A stretch of 61,005 nucleotides of DNA from an uncultured Nitrospiraceae bacterium (GCA_964393845.1 CAYMUX010000002.1:4741-65745), one strand, 5' to 3'; positions 1 through 9,403 are shown, numbered from the stretch's first letter. Notes: generated by a model from the letters alone, not told the origin. A program made the numbers and translations.

Positions 1-1520
1 TATAATACTACGAATTTATTGTTGCATCTGAGATCACACGGTATCGCGAACAGTCTTTCGGAATTGGAGGCAAGCTCCACCATGGCTGTCATCAGGCTGT
101 ATTCGCCTTTTTCCAGTATGGGTGAGAGACCTGTTGAAAGGGTCCTGACCTGCGACTTTGACATCTCTATCAGGTGCGTAATCCTGGCGGCATCTTCAGC
201 CTCAGGTATCATTTTTTTTCTCAATACGTTTTCAAGCCCCTGCATCATAAAAGAGATAGCGGTAAGCTGCTGTCCCAGGTTATCGTGCAGGTCATGCCCG
301 ATGCGCCGCTGTTCATGCTCCCTGATTTCAAGGAGCATTTTTTCCAGGTGCCTTCGCCCGGTTATCTCCCGATTCAGGTCTTCCCAGGAAGCGGTGGCGG
401 TCTTTAAATTCTCTATCATCTGATCAAATATCCTGGATAATTGGCCGATTTCATCTCTTTCATCAGTGCCGACTTTGTAATCTAAATTGCCTCCCCCTAT
501 TATTTCACTTCCTTTATGCAATGCCTTGATCGGGTTGGAAATTGATTTAGAAACACGAAAAGCTACCAGCATCACTCCGAATACGGTTGTAATGAAAATA
601 GCTATCATCCATTTTCTGAGTCTGTTGATAGGTGCATAGACTTCCTTTAAATCCTGCTTTGCCACAAATCCCCATCGGGTCCGGGGGATATATGTATAGG
701 CCGCCAATACCTTTTCCCCTCTGTAATCCGACGTCTCCACTATCCCGGTGTTTCCAAGCGACGCCTCTACGGCGGCCTGCGCCTCGATCTTCAGCTTGAG
801 CGGCGCATCCCCGATCCAGCGCAGCTCATTCAGGGCAATAACGTCTTTATTGACAATGAAGGTCTCGCCTGTCTCCCCCATTCCCGTGCGATTTGACAAC
901 TGCTTAAAGAGAGAAGCTTCAAGGTTGAATCTTGCAACAAGAACGCCGATGACGCTTCTGCCGTTCACCCGGCTGAAAATCGGGATGGAAAAAGCCATGC
1001 AAGCCTTATTCAGCGTTGATGAATAATGGATATCTTCGATAAACAGGTCCAGTCCCCTCAAGGCCCCTTCATAGTGAAAGGCGTGCGCAGGCCTTTGTCC
1101 CTCACGCTCTTTACTGGTTGAGACAATGATCTTTTTGGTGTACGGGCTGACGATAAAGATTTCATAAAAATCATCATAATGCTCCAGGTATTTCTTGAGA
1201 AAACCCCGCGCCTCTGAAACAATGACCGCGTTACGCTGATTATCTTCATTCTCACCTTTATGAATCTTCTCCAGCGCCCGCATTTCGTTATCGTCGGAGA
1301 TGGTGCGGATATCCACGATCCTTTCTTCAAGCCAGTGATTCAATTCAGCGACTTTCATTTCCCGAACGGCCTCAAGCCGGTTGAATATCGACACCTTCAT
1401 AGCATTCACCATATGAAAGTAAATCGCGATATTGACCATAATCAGCGGGAACATGGATATAATAAAAAACCAGAAAGCGAGGCGTGTCCCGATACTCCTG
1501 AATATAAACTTGTTTTTCAG
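1..1520 (-). CDS. Membrane sensor histidine kinase (TM-Cache-like-TM-HAMP-HisKA_3), 3' end runs off the window
   Basis: Own translation (absent from the ORF track): KFIFRSIGTRLAFWFFIISMFPLIMV (TM1), HAMP ISNPIKALHKGSEIIGEGNLDYKV..DEIGQL, H-box EQRRIGHDLHDNLGQQL. Start is CTG 1520 (AGGAG 6 nt upstream) or TTG 1550; in-frame TGA at 1560-1562. Confidence 0.85.
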   Translation of the reverse strand, partial: MKNKFIFRSIGTRLAFWFFIISMFPLIMVNIAIYFHMVNAMKVSIFNRLEAVREMKVAELNHWLEERIVDIRTISDDNEMRALEKIHKGENEDNQRNAVIVSEARGFLKKYLEHYDDFYEIFIVSPYTKKIIVSTSKEREGQRPAHAFHYEGALRGLDLFIEDIHYSSTLNKACMAFSIPIFSRVNGRSVIGVLVARFNLEASLFKQLSNRTGMGETGETFIVNKDVIALNELRWIGDAPLKLKIEAQAAVEASLGNTGIVETSDYRGEKVLAAYTYIPRTRWGFVAKQDLKEVYAPINRLRKWMIAIFITTVFGVMLVAFRVSKSISNPIKALHKGSEIIGGGNLDYKVGTDERDEIGQLSRIFDQMIENLKTATASWEDLNREITGRRHLEKMLLEIREHEQRRIGHDLHDNLGQQLTAISFMMQGLENVLRKKMIPEAEDAARITHLIEMSKSQVRTLSTGLSPILEKGEYSLMTAMVELASNSERLFAIPCDLRCNNKFVVL

Positions 1521-1606
1521 AGGCTTCTCCTGATATTTCAGACTTTGCAATTTCTTAATTCAATGGCAATATTTTTAAAAGAGATCTTTTTTGCTGACTT
1601 GAAACT

Positions 1607-1649
1607 AAAAAAACCGAACCAACCGAAGGCTTATTCTTTGGTGGTCCGG
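1607..1649 (-). terminator. Intrinsic terminator in the 5' leader of the kinase gene
   Basis: Minus-strand stem CCGGACCACCAAAG / CTTCGGTTGGTTCGG followed by T7. Confidence 0.7.
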
Positions 1650-1718
1650 CCATTTAACTTTTTCACTTGTAACACCTTGCTCCCCGCCCCTTTAAATACA
1701 AGGGATTTGGCTTTATCG
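1636..1718 (-). ncRNA. Degenerate GEMM-I-like (c-di-GMP/cGAMP) riboswitch candidate
   Basis: CGATAAAGCCAAA..hairpin..GGGGCGG GGAGC..ATGGCCGGACCACC follows the GEMM-I landmark order; its 3' end is the 5' arm of the terminator. Several conserved positions deviate. Confidence 0.4.
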
Positions 1719-1845
1719 TGAGTTATATTCTAACTCTTATTTATCACGAACTGCCTTTATTTACTACTAAATTATATTAATTAACTTATAAATGTAATTA
1801 AGCAGCCTGATAAATTTTCATGCAGATTAATTTTTTTCTGGACGG

Positions 1846-1869
1846 CGTTATGACATTTATGTTATAACG
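1846..1869. promoter_or_regulatory. ModE operator overlapping an extended -10 box
   Basis: CGTTAT-N12-ATAACG palindrome directly before modE; TGTTATAAC lies 6 nt before the ATG. Confidence 0.75.
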
Positions 1870-1874
1870 ATAGT

Positions 1875-2222
1875 ATGGAAGTAAGGTCAAAGATATGGAT
1901 TGAGGTGGAGGGGAAGCCGGTGTTCGGAAGCGGCAGGGAAGCGCTTCTTAAGTCTATTGACAGATTGGGATCTATCAATAAGGCAGCGAAAGACATCCAT
2001 ATTTCATACAGAAAGGCATTGAGTTACATCCAGTCCATGGAAGAACGGATCGGGAGCAGGCTTGTGGAAAGGCAGACCGGAGGAGTTCATGGCGGCGGGG
2101 CTGTGTTGACCGATGAAGCTAAAGACTTTTTAAGTAAATTTGAACAACTCGAAGACGGTATACATGAAATGCTCGATAAGAAGTTCCTTGAAGTTTTCGG
2201 GAACAGGAAAAACAAAAGATAA
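1875..2222 (+). CDS. modE: ModE-family winged-HTH regulator (short form, no Mop domains)
   Basis: GSINKAAKDIHISYRKA..LVERQTGGVHGGGAVLT; adjacent ModE box and Moco genes. Confidence 0.85.
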   Translation: MEVRSKIWIEVEGKPVFGSGREALLKSIDRLGSINKAAKDIHISYRKALSYIQSMEERIGSRLVERQTGGVHGGGAVLTDEAKDFLSKFEQLEDGIHEMLDKKFLEVFGNRKNKR

Positions 2223-2234
2223 TTAGGAGGAATT

Positions 2235-3335
2235 ATGTGTGACGCCTGTCAAATAGATAATAAAGACAGCAGCGGCTCCGGCACAAAAACCGTGCCCGTT
2301 GATAAAGCTGTCGGGATGATTCTGCCCCACGATATTACGGAGATAAGACCTGGAGAATTTAAAGGCAGGGCCTTTAAGAAAGGCCATATCATTCGCGAAG
2401 AGGATGTCGAGCATCTTAAGAGACTTGGAAAAGAAAACCTTTTTATCCTTGAGATAAAGGAAGATGAGATGCATGAGAACGACGCAGCATATGCGATTGC
2501 AACGGCCCTTGCCGGCAAAGGAGTAAAATTGGCCGGGGAGCCGAACGAAGGGAAGATAAACCTTGTGGCAGAGATAGACGGCTTATTAAATGTTAACCGC
2601 GACGCCCTTCTTGATTTCAACATGCTCGGTGAAGTCATGTGCGCAACCATTCATAATAATTCTGTTGTAAAAAAGGGACAGCTTGTTGCCGGAACAAGGG
2701 CGATTCCCCTGGTTGTCAGTAAATCTATCATCGGGGAGGCGGTCAATATTGCAGAAAGAGCTAAAGGCATTCTGAGCGTAAAATCAATAAGGAAGCCCCG
2801 GGCAGGAATTGTTATTACAGGCAATGAAGTGTATCACGGCAAAATCAAAGATGCCTTTGAGCCTGTAATAAGGAAAAAAATTAAAGGCTTTGACGGAGAG
2901 ATAATGGGGGTGCACTTTGCCCCGGATGATGTAAAAATCATCGAGGACAGGATCAGGGACCTGATTGACGCCGGGGCTGACCTCATCATAACATCAGGCG
3001 GGATGTCTGTGGACCCGGACGATGTTACGAGATTTGCTATCAGGAATTTAGGAGTAGAAGAAATGCATTATGGTTCACCGGTCCTGCCCGGCTCGATGTT
3101 TCTGGTTGCATATTTAAGTAGGGGCGTTGCATGCAACGCCCCTACAGGACTGGTCCCAATTCTCGGGATCCCAGCCTGCGGCATGTACGCAGACATCACT
3201 GTATTTGATCTGGTCCTGCCGAGGATACTCGCGGGAGAGAAGATCGGCAGAAAGGAGCTTGCGGAACTGGGACACGGAGGGCTGTGTTTAAAATGCAAAG
3301 AATGCCGTTATCCGGTTTGTCCTTTCGGGAAGTAA
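2235..3335 (+). CDS. Molybdopterin-binding (MoeA-like/MoCF_biosynth) protein with a Cys-rich C-terminus
   Basis: ITGNEV, SGGMSVDPDDVT, PVLPGSM, GIPAC motifs; ends CLKCKECRYPVCPFGK; AGGAGG RBS. Confidence 0.85.
   Translation: MCDACQIDNKDSSGSGTKTVPVDKAVGMILPHDITEIRPGEFKGRAFKKGHIIREEDVEHLKRLGKENLFILEIKEDEMHENDAAYAIATALAGKGVKLAGEPNEGKINLVAEIDGLLNVNRDALLDFNMLGEVMCATIHNNSVVKKGQLVAGTRAIPLVVSKSIIGEAVNIAERAKGILSVKSIRKPRAGIVITGNEVYHGKIKDAFEPVIRKKIKGFDGEIMGVHFAPDDVKIIEDRIRDLIDAGADLIITSGGMSVDPDDVTRFAIRNLGVEEMHYGSPVLPGSMFLVAYLSRGVACNAPTGLVPILGIPACGMYADITVFDLVLPRILAGEKIGRKELAELGHGGLCLKCKECRYPVCPFGK
3118..3145. repeat. GTAG-type REP-like palindrome, in-frame inside the MoeA-like gene
   Basis: Perfect 28-bp palindrome GTAGGGGCGTTGCATGCAACGCCCCTAC, read as SRGVACNAPT. 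Confidence 0.85.
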
Positions 3336-3362
3336 AGAATGATTAACGAAAACCATTATTAG

Positions 3363-3440
3363 AAAATCCCCCTTAGTCCCCCTTTTTCAAAGGGGGAGAG
3401 AGAGTTCCCCTCTTTGGCAAAGAGGGGGTAGGGGAGATTT
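3363..3440. repeat. Bipartite CCCCCTTT..AAAGGGGG palindromic element (intergenic copy)
   Basis: Outer inverted repeat AAATCCCCC..GGGGAGATTT enclosing two hairpins; related copies at 7367, 15727, 17031 and 50728. Confidence 0.85.
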
Positions 3441-3472
3441 AATAGAATTCATTTTAATCGATAAAACAGATT

Positions 3473-4477
3473 ATGAAATCAGCAAATAAATCTCAGCTTC
3501 TCAAAGACTCATTCGAGCGCCGCATAGATTATCTGCGGATATCCATAACGGATAAATGCAATCTCAGATGCATATATTGCATGCCTCCCGGTGGTCTGAA
3601 ATTCTTTAAAGAGAAAGATGTTCTGACCGATGATGAAATACTGAGATTCGTGCGAATTGCCCGAAGCCATGGATTGAGAAAAGTGCGCATCACAGGCGGA
3701 GAACCGCTTATGAGAAAAGACATAATCAGTCTTATTTCATCAATTAAAAAAACAGGGATACGCGACTTAAGCATTACTTCAAACGGGATTAAGCTTTCAA
3801 AGATGGCTGAAGCGCTGAAACAGGCAGGTCTCGACCGGGTGAATATAAGTCTTGACACTTTAGATGCCGGGAGGTACAAAGCGATAACAAAAGGAGGCGA
3901 TATTAACAAGGTCTGGGAATCTATAAAAGAGGCGGAAAGAGTCGGTCTTACGCCGGTAAAAATAAATGTCGTTCCTATACACGGAATAAATGATGACGAG
4001 ATACTGTCCTTTGCATCGCTTACTTTTGATAAAAACTACCATATAAGATTTATTGAATTCATGCCTGCAACCTGTAATGGAATCTGGAAAAAGGACAAAT
4101 GCATAAGTTCAGAAGACCTTAAGAAAAGGATATCCGCTCTAGGCAAGCTGGAACATCTCAAATTCAGGGGCAAGGGGCCTTCGAGAAATTACAGGATAAA
4201 AGGGGCCGTAGGAGTTATCGGGTTTATCAGTCCTCTGAGCAATCATTTCTGCGGCTTTTGTAACAGACTGCGTCTTACTGCTGACGGGAAAATCAGGCCG
4301 TGCCTTTTTTCAAACATTAAAGTTGATATTAAGACTCCGATGAGAAACGGGGCGTCTGATGATGAAATTGAAAAGCTCCTCTGTCAGGCAGTGAAAGTCA
4401 AGCCTCAGAGACATCTGCTCAATGAAGATATAACATCTGCCGGACATCTGAAGGCCATGTCTAAAATAGGCGGCTGA
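3473..4477 (+). CDS. moaA: GTP 3',8-cyclase
   Basis: YLRISITDKCNLRCIYC, TGGEP, FCGFCNRLRLTADGKIRPCL, terminal IGG. Confidence 0.96.
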   Translation: MKSANKSQLLKDSFERRIDYLRISITDKCNLRCIYCMPPGGLKFFKEKDVLTDDEILRFVRIARSHGLRKVRITGGEPLMRKDIISLISSIKKTGIRDLSITSNGIKLSKMAEALKQAGLDRVNISLDTLDAGRYKAITKGGDINKVWESIKEAERVGLTPVKINVVPIHGINDDEILSFASLTFDKNYHIRFIEFMPATCNGIWKKDKCISSEDLKKRISALGKLEHLKFRGKGPSRNYRIKGAVGVIGFISPLSNHFCGFCNRLRLTADGKIRPCLFSNIKVDIKTPMRNGASDDEIEKLLCQAVKVKPQRHLLNEDITSAGHLKAMSKIGG

Positions 4478-4614
4478 CAGAATCGAAGTACGTCGTTCAT
4501 GTAACTGCATGTATTTATTGATACAAATTAAATCCGCATGTTCAAGTCTGATTATTTTTTATAATTCCATTTTTATATTTACAAATCAATCCGGTTCTTG
4601 ATAAAATCAACCTC

Positions 4615-5259
4615 ATGAATTTAAGATCACTTTACAAAATAATTCTTTCTGCCGTATCTTTAATCCCTCTTCTATCCTTTAATCTTTACTCCCAGCAACC
4701 TACAGCCAAAACATTTTTTGATATCGGGGTTGAGAATGCCGGACAGACGGAATATTCGGAAGCAATTGACGCCTTTAAACACGCCATAAAATTAAAACCC
4801 GACTATGCAGAGGCGCATTTCAGCCTCGGTCATTCATATTACAGCCTTCATAGGTATAATGAAGCCCTTGATTCATATAAAAATGCTGTTAAAATCAATC
4901 CGAAGTTTGAGGAGGCCCTTATATCTTTAGGAGTTGTTTCTTCAATGCTCGGCAAAGAGAAGGAAGCTGTTGATGCTATGGAATCCGCAGTCAAGATCAA
5001 TCCCAAAAATGCGGAATCTCAATACACCCTCGGTAATTTATACAGTGAACTCGGAAGATATCCGGAAGCGGTTGAAGCCTATAAGCAGGCTGTAATAATA
5101 AAACCGAAATTTGCCGAGGCCCACTATCATCTCGGTATTGCGTATATCAAGTCAGGCAAATCAATGCTGCCTTATGCAAAAAAAGAACTTGAGGCCCTGA
5201 AAGGATTAAACAAAGACCTTGCAGACGAGCTTGACAGTCTGATAAAAAGCGTAAAATAG
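4615..5259 (+). CDS. Exported TPR-repeat protein
   Basis: Signal-like N-terminus; about 4-5 repeats of the AEAHFSLG..Y..A type. Confidence 0.85.
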   Translation: MNLRSLYKIILSAVSLIPLLSFNLYSQQPTAKTFFDIGVENAGQTEYSEAIDAFKHAIKLKPDYAEAHFSLGHSYYSLHRYNEALDSYKNAVKINPKFEEALISLGVVSSMLGKEKEAVDAMESAVKINPKNAESQYTLGNLYSELGRYPEAVEAYKQAVIIKPKFAEAHYHLGIAYIKSGKSMLPYAKKELEALKGLNKDLADELDSLIKSVK

Positions 5260-5340
5260 TATTTCTTCGCAATCCGAATGGATTTCTTTTGATTTTTACT
5301 ATCCATTCTGATACTTTATTTTAAAGAGGAGATAAATTAA

Positions 5341-5577
5341 ATGAACAATCGTATCGAAAGTGATCCCAATATCTGTCATGGGCAGCCCTGTATTAAGGGG
5401 ACAAGGATTATGGTTTATATTATCCTTGAACTTCTGGAGGCAGGACTTACGGCTGATGATATAATCAGAGACTACTACCCTAATCTGACAACGGATGATA
5501 TTAAAGCCTGTCTTCATTATGCTACCGCTCTAATAAAAGAGCAGGAATATGTCCCTTTTGAAGAGTCCGTCCTTTGA
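5341..5577 (+). CDS. DUF433-family antitoxin
   Basis: RIESDPNICHGQPCIKGTRI..YPNLTTDDIKACLHYA signature; GAGGAG RBS. Confidence 0.9.
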   Translation: MNNRIESDPNICHGQPCIKGTRIMVYIILELLEAGLTADDIIRDYYPNLTTDDIKACLHYATALIKEQEYVPFEESVL

Positions 5578-5930
5578 GATTTCTGATTGACGAAAATATC
5601 TTCCCGAAGATAACCTCCTACCTTCGCAGCGTGGGGCATGATGTAAAGTCTCTTCAGGAAGAAAGCATTTTCAAAACTACCGATGACAAGATTGTTCAAA
5701 TGGCAAAAGATGAGGACAGAACGATCATTACATTTGATAGACACTTTGGAAATGTTATGAAATACCCGCCTCATAATACCGCCGGAATAATACATATCAG
5801 AATACATCCGCCTCTTCTGAAGGATATTCTTCCTGCGATAGACAATCTTTTTAAAAAATATGCCTTCCCTTCTTTTCATGGGAAACTTATAGTCCTATCC
5901 AGAAGAGGATATAGAGTTAGAACGAAGTGA
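5574..5930 (+). CDS. DUF5615 PIN-like toxin
   Basis: RFLIDENI..GHDV..DDKI..IITFDRHFG; TTG start overlaps the antitoxin TGA. Confidence 0.88.
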   Translation: MRFLIDENIFPKITSYLRSVGHDVKSLQEESIFKTTDDKIVQMAKDEDRTIITFDRHFGNVMKYPPHNTAGIIHIRIHPPLLKDILPAIDNLFKKYAFPSFHGKLIVLSRRGYRVRTK

Positions 5931-6018
5931 TAGTTGAAATCCGGGATCAATAGAAAAAGGGCGCATTGAGCAATGCCGCTAATTTGACAAATGCTGATCG
6001 GGTTGCTTCACTATCTTG

Positions 6019-8517
6019 TCAAAACAACAGCCTTAAATTCCTAACCTCATCCCTCCAGGCTTCAACTTTTTTAAACACACTGTCTTCATATGTTTTAACC
6101 TCTAAAGAATTCCCGTGTCTGGTTATGATAACAGCGCCGTTCAAGTCAGTCCTGAACACCCTCGCCCCGGCCCTTTCATATCTCTCAATAGTTTCCTGAT
6201 GAGGATGGCCAAAGGAATTGCCTCTGCCGGCGCTAATAGCCGCAATCCGGGGGCTGACGGCATTAATGAAATCTTCAGAGCTTGAAGTCCTTCCCCCATG
6301 ATGAGGCACTTTGAGAATATCGCTCTTGAGGCGGTTTCCAAGATATAAAATATCTTCTTCGGCCTCATTTTCAATATCTCCGGTGAAAAGAATTGAGGCG
6401 TCATCCGATTCTATTTTCAAGACCAGGGAATCGCTGTTTTGACTGGAAAACTCCTCACTTGATGAATCAGCATTGAATTCATCATAAGGATGAAACACAT
6501 AAATCCTGTATCGATTACTTTCAAGTACGTCTCCCCGTTTAAGAATTTTGTATGGGACATCTTTTTTTACTGCTTTCTGAAATAGTACCTCCGCACCGTC
6601 AGACATCATGCCGTTAAACCATATCTCTCCGACATCAATATGATCTATAACATAAATAAGCCCGCCGTAATGGTCGGGATGGGGATGGCTCATTACCATG
6701 TAATCAATCTTTCTTATCCCTTTTGACCACAGATAAGGAGCGATAACCCTCATCCCCATATCGGGCTCTTTTGTACTTCCGTCAATAAGCATGACTTTTC
6801 CGTCAGGCAGCTCAACTACGGAAGCGTCCCCCTGCCCTGCGTCCAAGAAAGTGACCCTCAGCTTATCCTCAGACAGATATGGGCTGAGTAAATAAATACC
6901 GATGACAAAGGCCAGAGGCGCTAATCTCCATTTCAATGAGCTCGTCATAAGAAAAATCAATGAAAGGAAGTAAAGCCCGATTATTGCAAATGAAGGATTG
7001 TGGATGTGAACATTTGCATACGGTACATTTGTAAAACTGTTTATGAGTTTTAGAACAAAATACGTCAATGTATCAATCAAACCATTTAACGGCATGGAAG
7101 ACATATTAAAAATGAGTGCGCTGAAGCTTGAAATAAAACCAAGAGGAAGTATTACAAAACAGATGAGAGGGGTCATGAGTAAATTTGTGAGCGGCGAGAT
7201 CAAAGGAAACTGTTTAAAATACAAGGCGACAAAAGGCGCTGTCCCCAGAACAGCAGCAATAGTTATTAAAGTCCCTGTTCTTATTTTTTCATAAGCGTTA
7301 TTGGCCCCTCTTTTAATTCCCTCCCTGCTAAGAAGAGACACCGGGCGGTCTAAACTTGAAATTGAACCTCCCCCTTTTTTAAAGGGGGATTGAGGGGGAT
7401 TATCTTCTGTAATTCGTGCCCTGTGTTCCAATACATACCCGATGGAAAGGACCGCAGTAAAGGACAGTATAAACGAAAGTTCAAACAGCGCCTCCGGATT
7501 CCAGAGCAGAATAAGAGTTGCCGCAATTGACAGGGAATTAAGCCATTGGTCCTTTCTGCCGAGCAATAGTGCAAGCATATAAATAAAAACCATTACAAAA
7601 GACCGTATTGTCGGAGTGCTTAAACCGGAAATCACTGCATATATGACTAATATGGGCAGCGTTAATAAAATAGCTATCTGAGTCGGTATTATGTACAGAG
7701 TCATCCTTGTGAGGCATTTAGCAGGCAAGCACTTGATCATCGACTTCGTCATTGTAAAAAAGATAAACGCAAGCAGCCCGAAGTGAGTTCCGGATATGCT
7801 GAGGATATGTGCAAGCCCTGTTGAGCTGAACGCGTCTCTCATGTCCTGGCTGATGCCACTTGTCAAACCTGTTATCATTGCATTGTGAAAAGATGCGTTT
7901 TCTCCTGAAAGACTTTTATTTATTATCGTCCCGAGTTTCTGCCGTATTTTGAATATCCGGGTTAATAGTCCGCCTCCCCTGTTAATGATCTCCAATTGCT
8001 TCACAAAGCCGACGGCCGCGATTCCCGACTGTTTTAAATCGTGTGAATATAATCCCGGATTTCGGAAGGCGCTTGGCTCTCTCAATTTTGCTATGGCGCT
8101 GATCCTGTTGCCCGGATCAAGCAGACCTTCATTAAAATTATTCCCGAACTGTTTCGGCAAAAGCACAAGCCGGACACTCCCCCGGATTTTTCCCCCTTCT
8201 ATAATTACATCATTAATCGTGAAGCGAAGCTTATCTCCTGACATCTCCGGGACATCAATAATAGTCCCTTCAATAAATATATCCTCATCCGGGAATCTTA
8301 TCTCAGGGAGAGCATCCTGTCTGATAAAGCTATAGAAAAATCCGCACATCACGGCGCAGACAAATAAAATGGTCCTCTTCCTGTTTGCATGTCGTTTGAA
8401 AAACAGCGCGATTGCAATTGCAATAAACAATGTAATAATTGTCACAGGGAAAAATGGCAAGAAGTTGAAGGCGGCGATGCCGGATATAAATGAAAAGGCA
8501 AAATTAATCATGCTCAT
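6019..8517 (-). CDS. comEC: DNA uptake channel ComEC/Rec2
   Basis: GLAHILSISGTH competence motif, many TM helices, metallo-beta-lactamase domain (FLDAGQGD, SHPHPDHYGG, KVPHHG, GHPH). Confidence 0.95.
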   Translation of the reverse strand: MSMINFAFSFISGIAAFNFLPFFPVTIITLFIAIAIALFFKRHANRKRTILFVCAVMCGFFYSFIRQDALPEIRFPDEDIFIEGTIIDVPEMSGDKLRFTINDVIIEGGKIRGSVRLVLLPKQFGNNFNEGLLDPGNRISAIAKLREPSAFRNPGLYSHDLKQSGIAAVGFVKQLEIINRGGGLLTRIFKIRQKLGTIINKSLSGENASFHNAMITGLTSGISQDMRDAFSSTGLAHILSISGTHFGLLAFIFFTMTKSMIKCLPAKCLTRMTLYIIPTQIAILLTLPILVIYAVISGLSTPTIRSFVMVFIYMLALLLGRKDQWLNSLSIAATLILLWNPEALFELSFILSFTAVLSIGYVLEHRARITEDNPPQSPFKKGGGSISSLDRPVSLLSREGIKRGANNAYEKIRTGTLITIAAVLGTAPFVALYFKQFPLISPLTNLLMTPLICFVILPLGFISSFSALIFNMSSMPLNGLIDTLTYFVLKLINSFTNVPYANVHIHNPSFAIIGLYFLSLIFLMTSSLKWRLAPLAFVIGIYLLSPYLSEDKLRVTFLDAGQGDASVVELPDGKVMLIDGSTKEPDMGMRVIAPYLWSKGIRKIDYMVMSHPHPDHYGGLIYVIDHIDVGEIWFNGMMSDGAEVLFQKAVKKDVPYKILKRGDVLESNRYRIYVFHPYDEFNADSSSEEFSSQNSDSLVLKIESDDASILFTGDIENEAEEDILYLGNRLKSDILKVPHHGGRTSSSEDFINAVSPRIAAISAGRGNSFGHPHQETIERYERAGARVFRTDLNGAVIITRHGNSLEVKTYEDSVFKKVEAWRDEVRNLRLLF
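7303..7403 (-). repeat. CCCCCTTT..AAAGGGGG element inserted in-frame in comEC
   Basis: 7367-7403 encodes NPPQSPFKKGG; a degenerate second half encodes PVSLLSREGIKRG; lies in a loop between TM helices. Confidence 0.75.
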
Positions 8518-8650
8518 TCCGGCTCTCTCATGAGAAAGTCATGTCCCCTGTAATAAATTTATTACTGATTTTCCAAGATGCTATATTAATGCTTACTCAA
8601 TACACTTCCAGGTACAGACTGTTTGCCGGTTTTTCTTTTCTTTGACACCG

Positions 8651-9001
8651 TCACGGCTCCAGCAGTCTCAGGCGTATAAGCTTCTTGGCAAGCGCATAAA
8701 TGTCGCTTCTATGTCCTTCCTTCCTGAGGCCTGCCGCAACGATAACTACTACGATTTGTTCTTTTTGGACTTTATAGATAATCCGGTATCGCTGTCCCAC
8801 AGCGCGGATGCTCCTGAAACCGATAAGCTCTCCGGTAAGAGGCCTGCCCTGTTTATCAGGATCTGTCGATAATCGGTCAATGACGTCCGATATCTTTGCC
8901 CTTATCCTCCGGTCAGAGATGCCTTTGAGCATCTTCATAGCGGCGGGGGTAATGGCTATCTGATAAGTTAAATGCCGAGCTGTTTTTTTGCCTTGTCCCA
9001 T
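8651..9001 (-). CDS. relE: RelE/ParE-family toxin (start uncertain)
   Basis: YQIAITPAA..GRPLTGELIGFRSIRAVGQRYRIIYKV; directly downstream of a Phd-type antitoxin. Confidence 0.85.
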   Translation of the reverse strand: MGQGKKTARHLTYQIAITPAAMKMLKGISDRRIRAKISDVIDRLSTDPDKQGRPLTGELIGFRSIRAVGQRYRIIYKVQKEQIVVVIVAAGLRKEGHRSDIYALAKKLIRLRLLEP

Positions 9002-9243
9002 GGAACCAGCTTACCCTCCTGCATTTCTTTAATGCTCCTGCGCAGGTCCTTCATCAGATTTTCATCGCTCAGCACTTCAAGCGTCTCTGCAACCGTCTCG
9101 TACAATTCCCACGACATCACGGCCAGCACGGGTTTGCCGCGACGGGTGACGGCTATAACTTCCGTATCTTTTTCATGCTCGAAGTCTTCGGGCATGGAAG
9201 TCAGCTTCTTTCTTGCTTCTATGATAGGCATTGTTTTGGTCAT
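8968..9243 (-). CDS. Phd/YefM-family antitoxin
   Basis: MPIIEARKKL..VTRRGKPVLAVMS..ETLEVLSD; AGGAGG RBS. Confidence 0.9.
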   Translation of the reverse strand: MTKTMPIIEARKKLTSMPEDFEHEKDTEVIAVTRRGKPVLAVMSWELYETVAETLEVLSDENLMKDLRRSIKEMQEGKLVPWDKAKKQLGI

Positions 9244-9261
9244 GTAATGCGCCTCCTGTAA

Positions 9262-9302
9262 TGGTACATTTAAGAGTACATCATAAAGTCCGTTTCAGTC
9301 AA
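9262..9302 (-). promoter_or_regulatory. TA promoter with a YefM-type operator pair
   Basis: Two GTAC cores 12 bp apart (9264 and 9276); TTGACT-18-TACTCT on the minus strand. Confidence 0.5.
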
Positions 9303-9322
9303 GGCGATGGAATCTCACCCTC

Positions 9323-9403
9323 TCATACGTCCTGAACATCAAACATGAGCCGGTGAAATTCTTCTTCAATCAGGCGTACCTTCCAGGCCATGTCATCCCG
9401 CCG
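9323..9403 (-). pseudogene. Remnant 3' end of a second mod allele
   Basis: 81 bp with 10 mismatches to 13859-13939; encodes [26 protein letters not shown]. Confidence 0.9.

Noticed and set aside
19-1721. Plus-strand ORFs 19-423, 748-1026 and 1260-1721
   Set aside because: Antisense shadows of the minus-strand kinase, with no recognisable motifs.
9323-9403. Diversity-generating retroelement TR/VR pair with the mod 3' end
   Set aside because: Mismatches are not adenine-specific on either strand, are mostly synonymous, and no reverse transcriptase is present.
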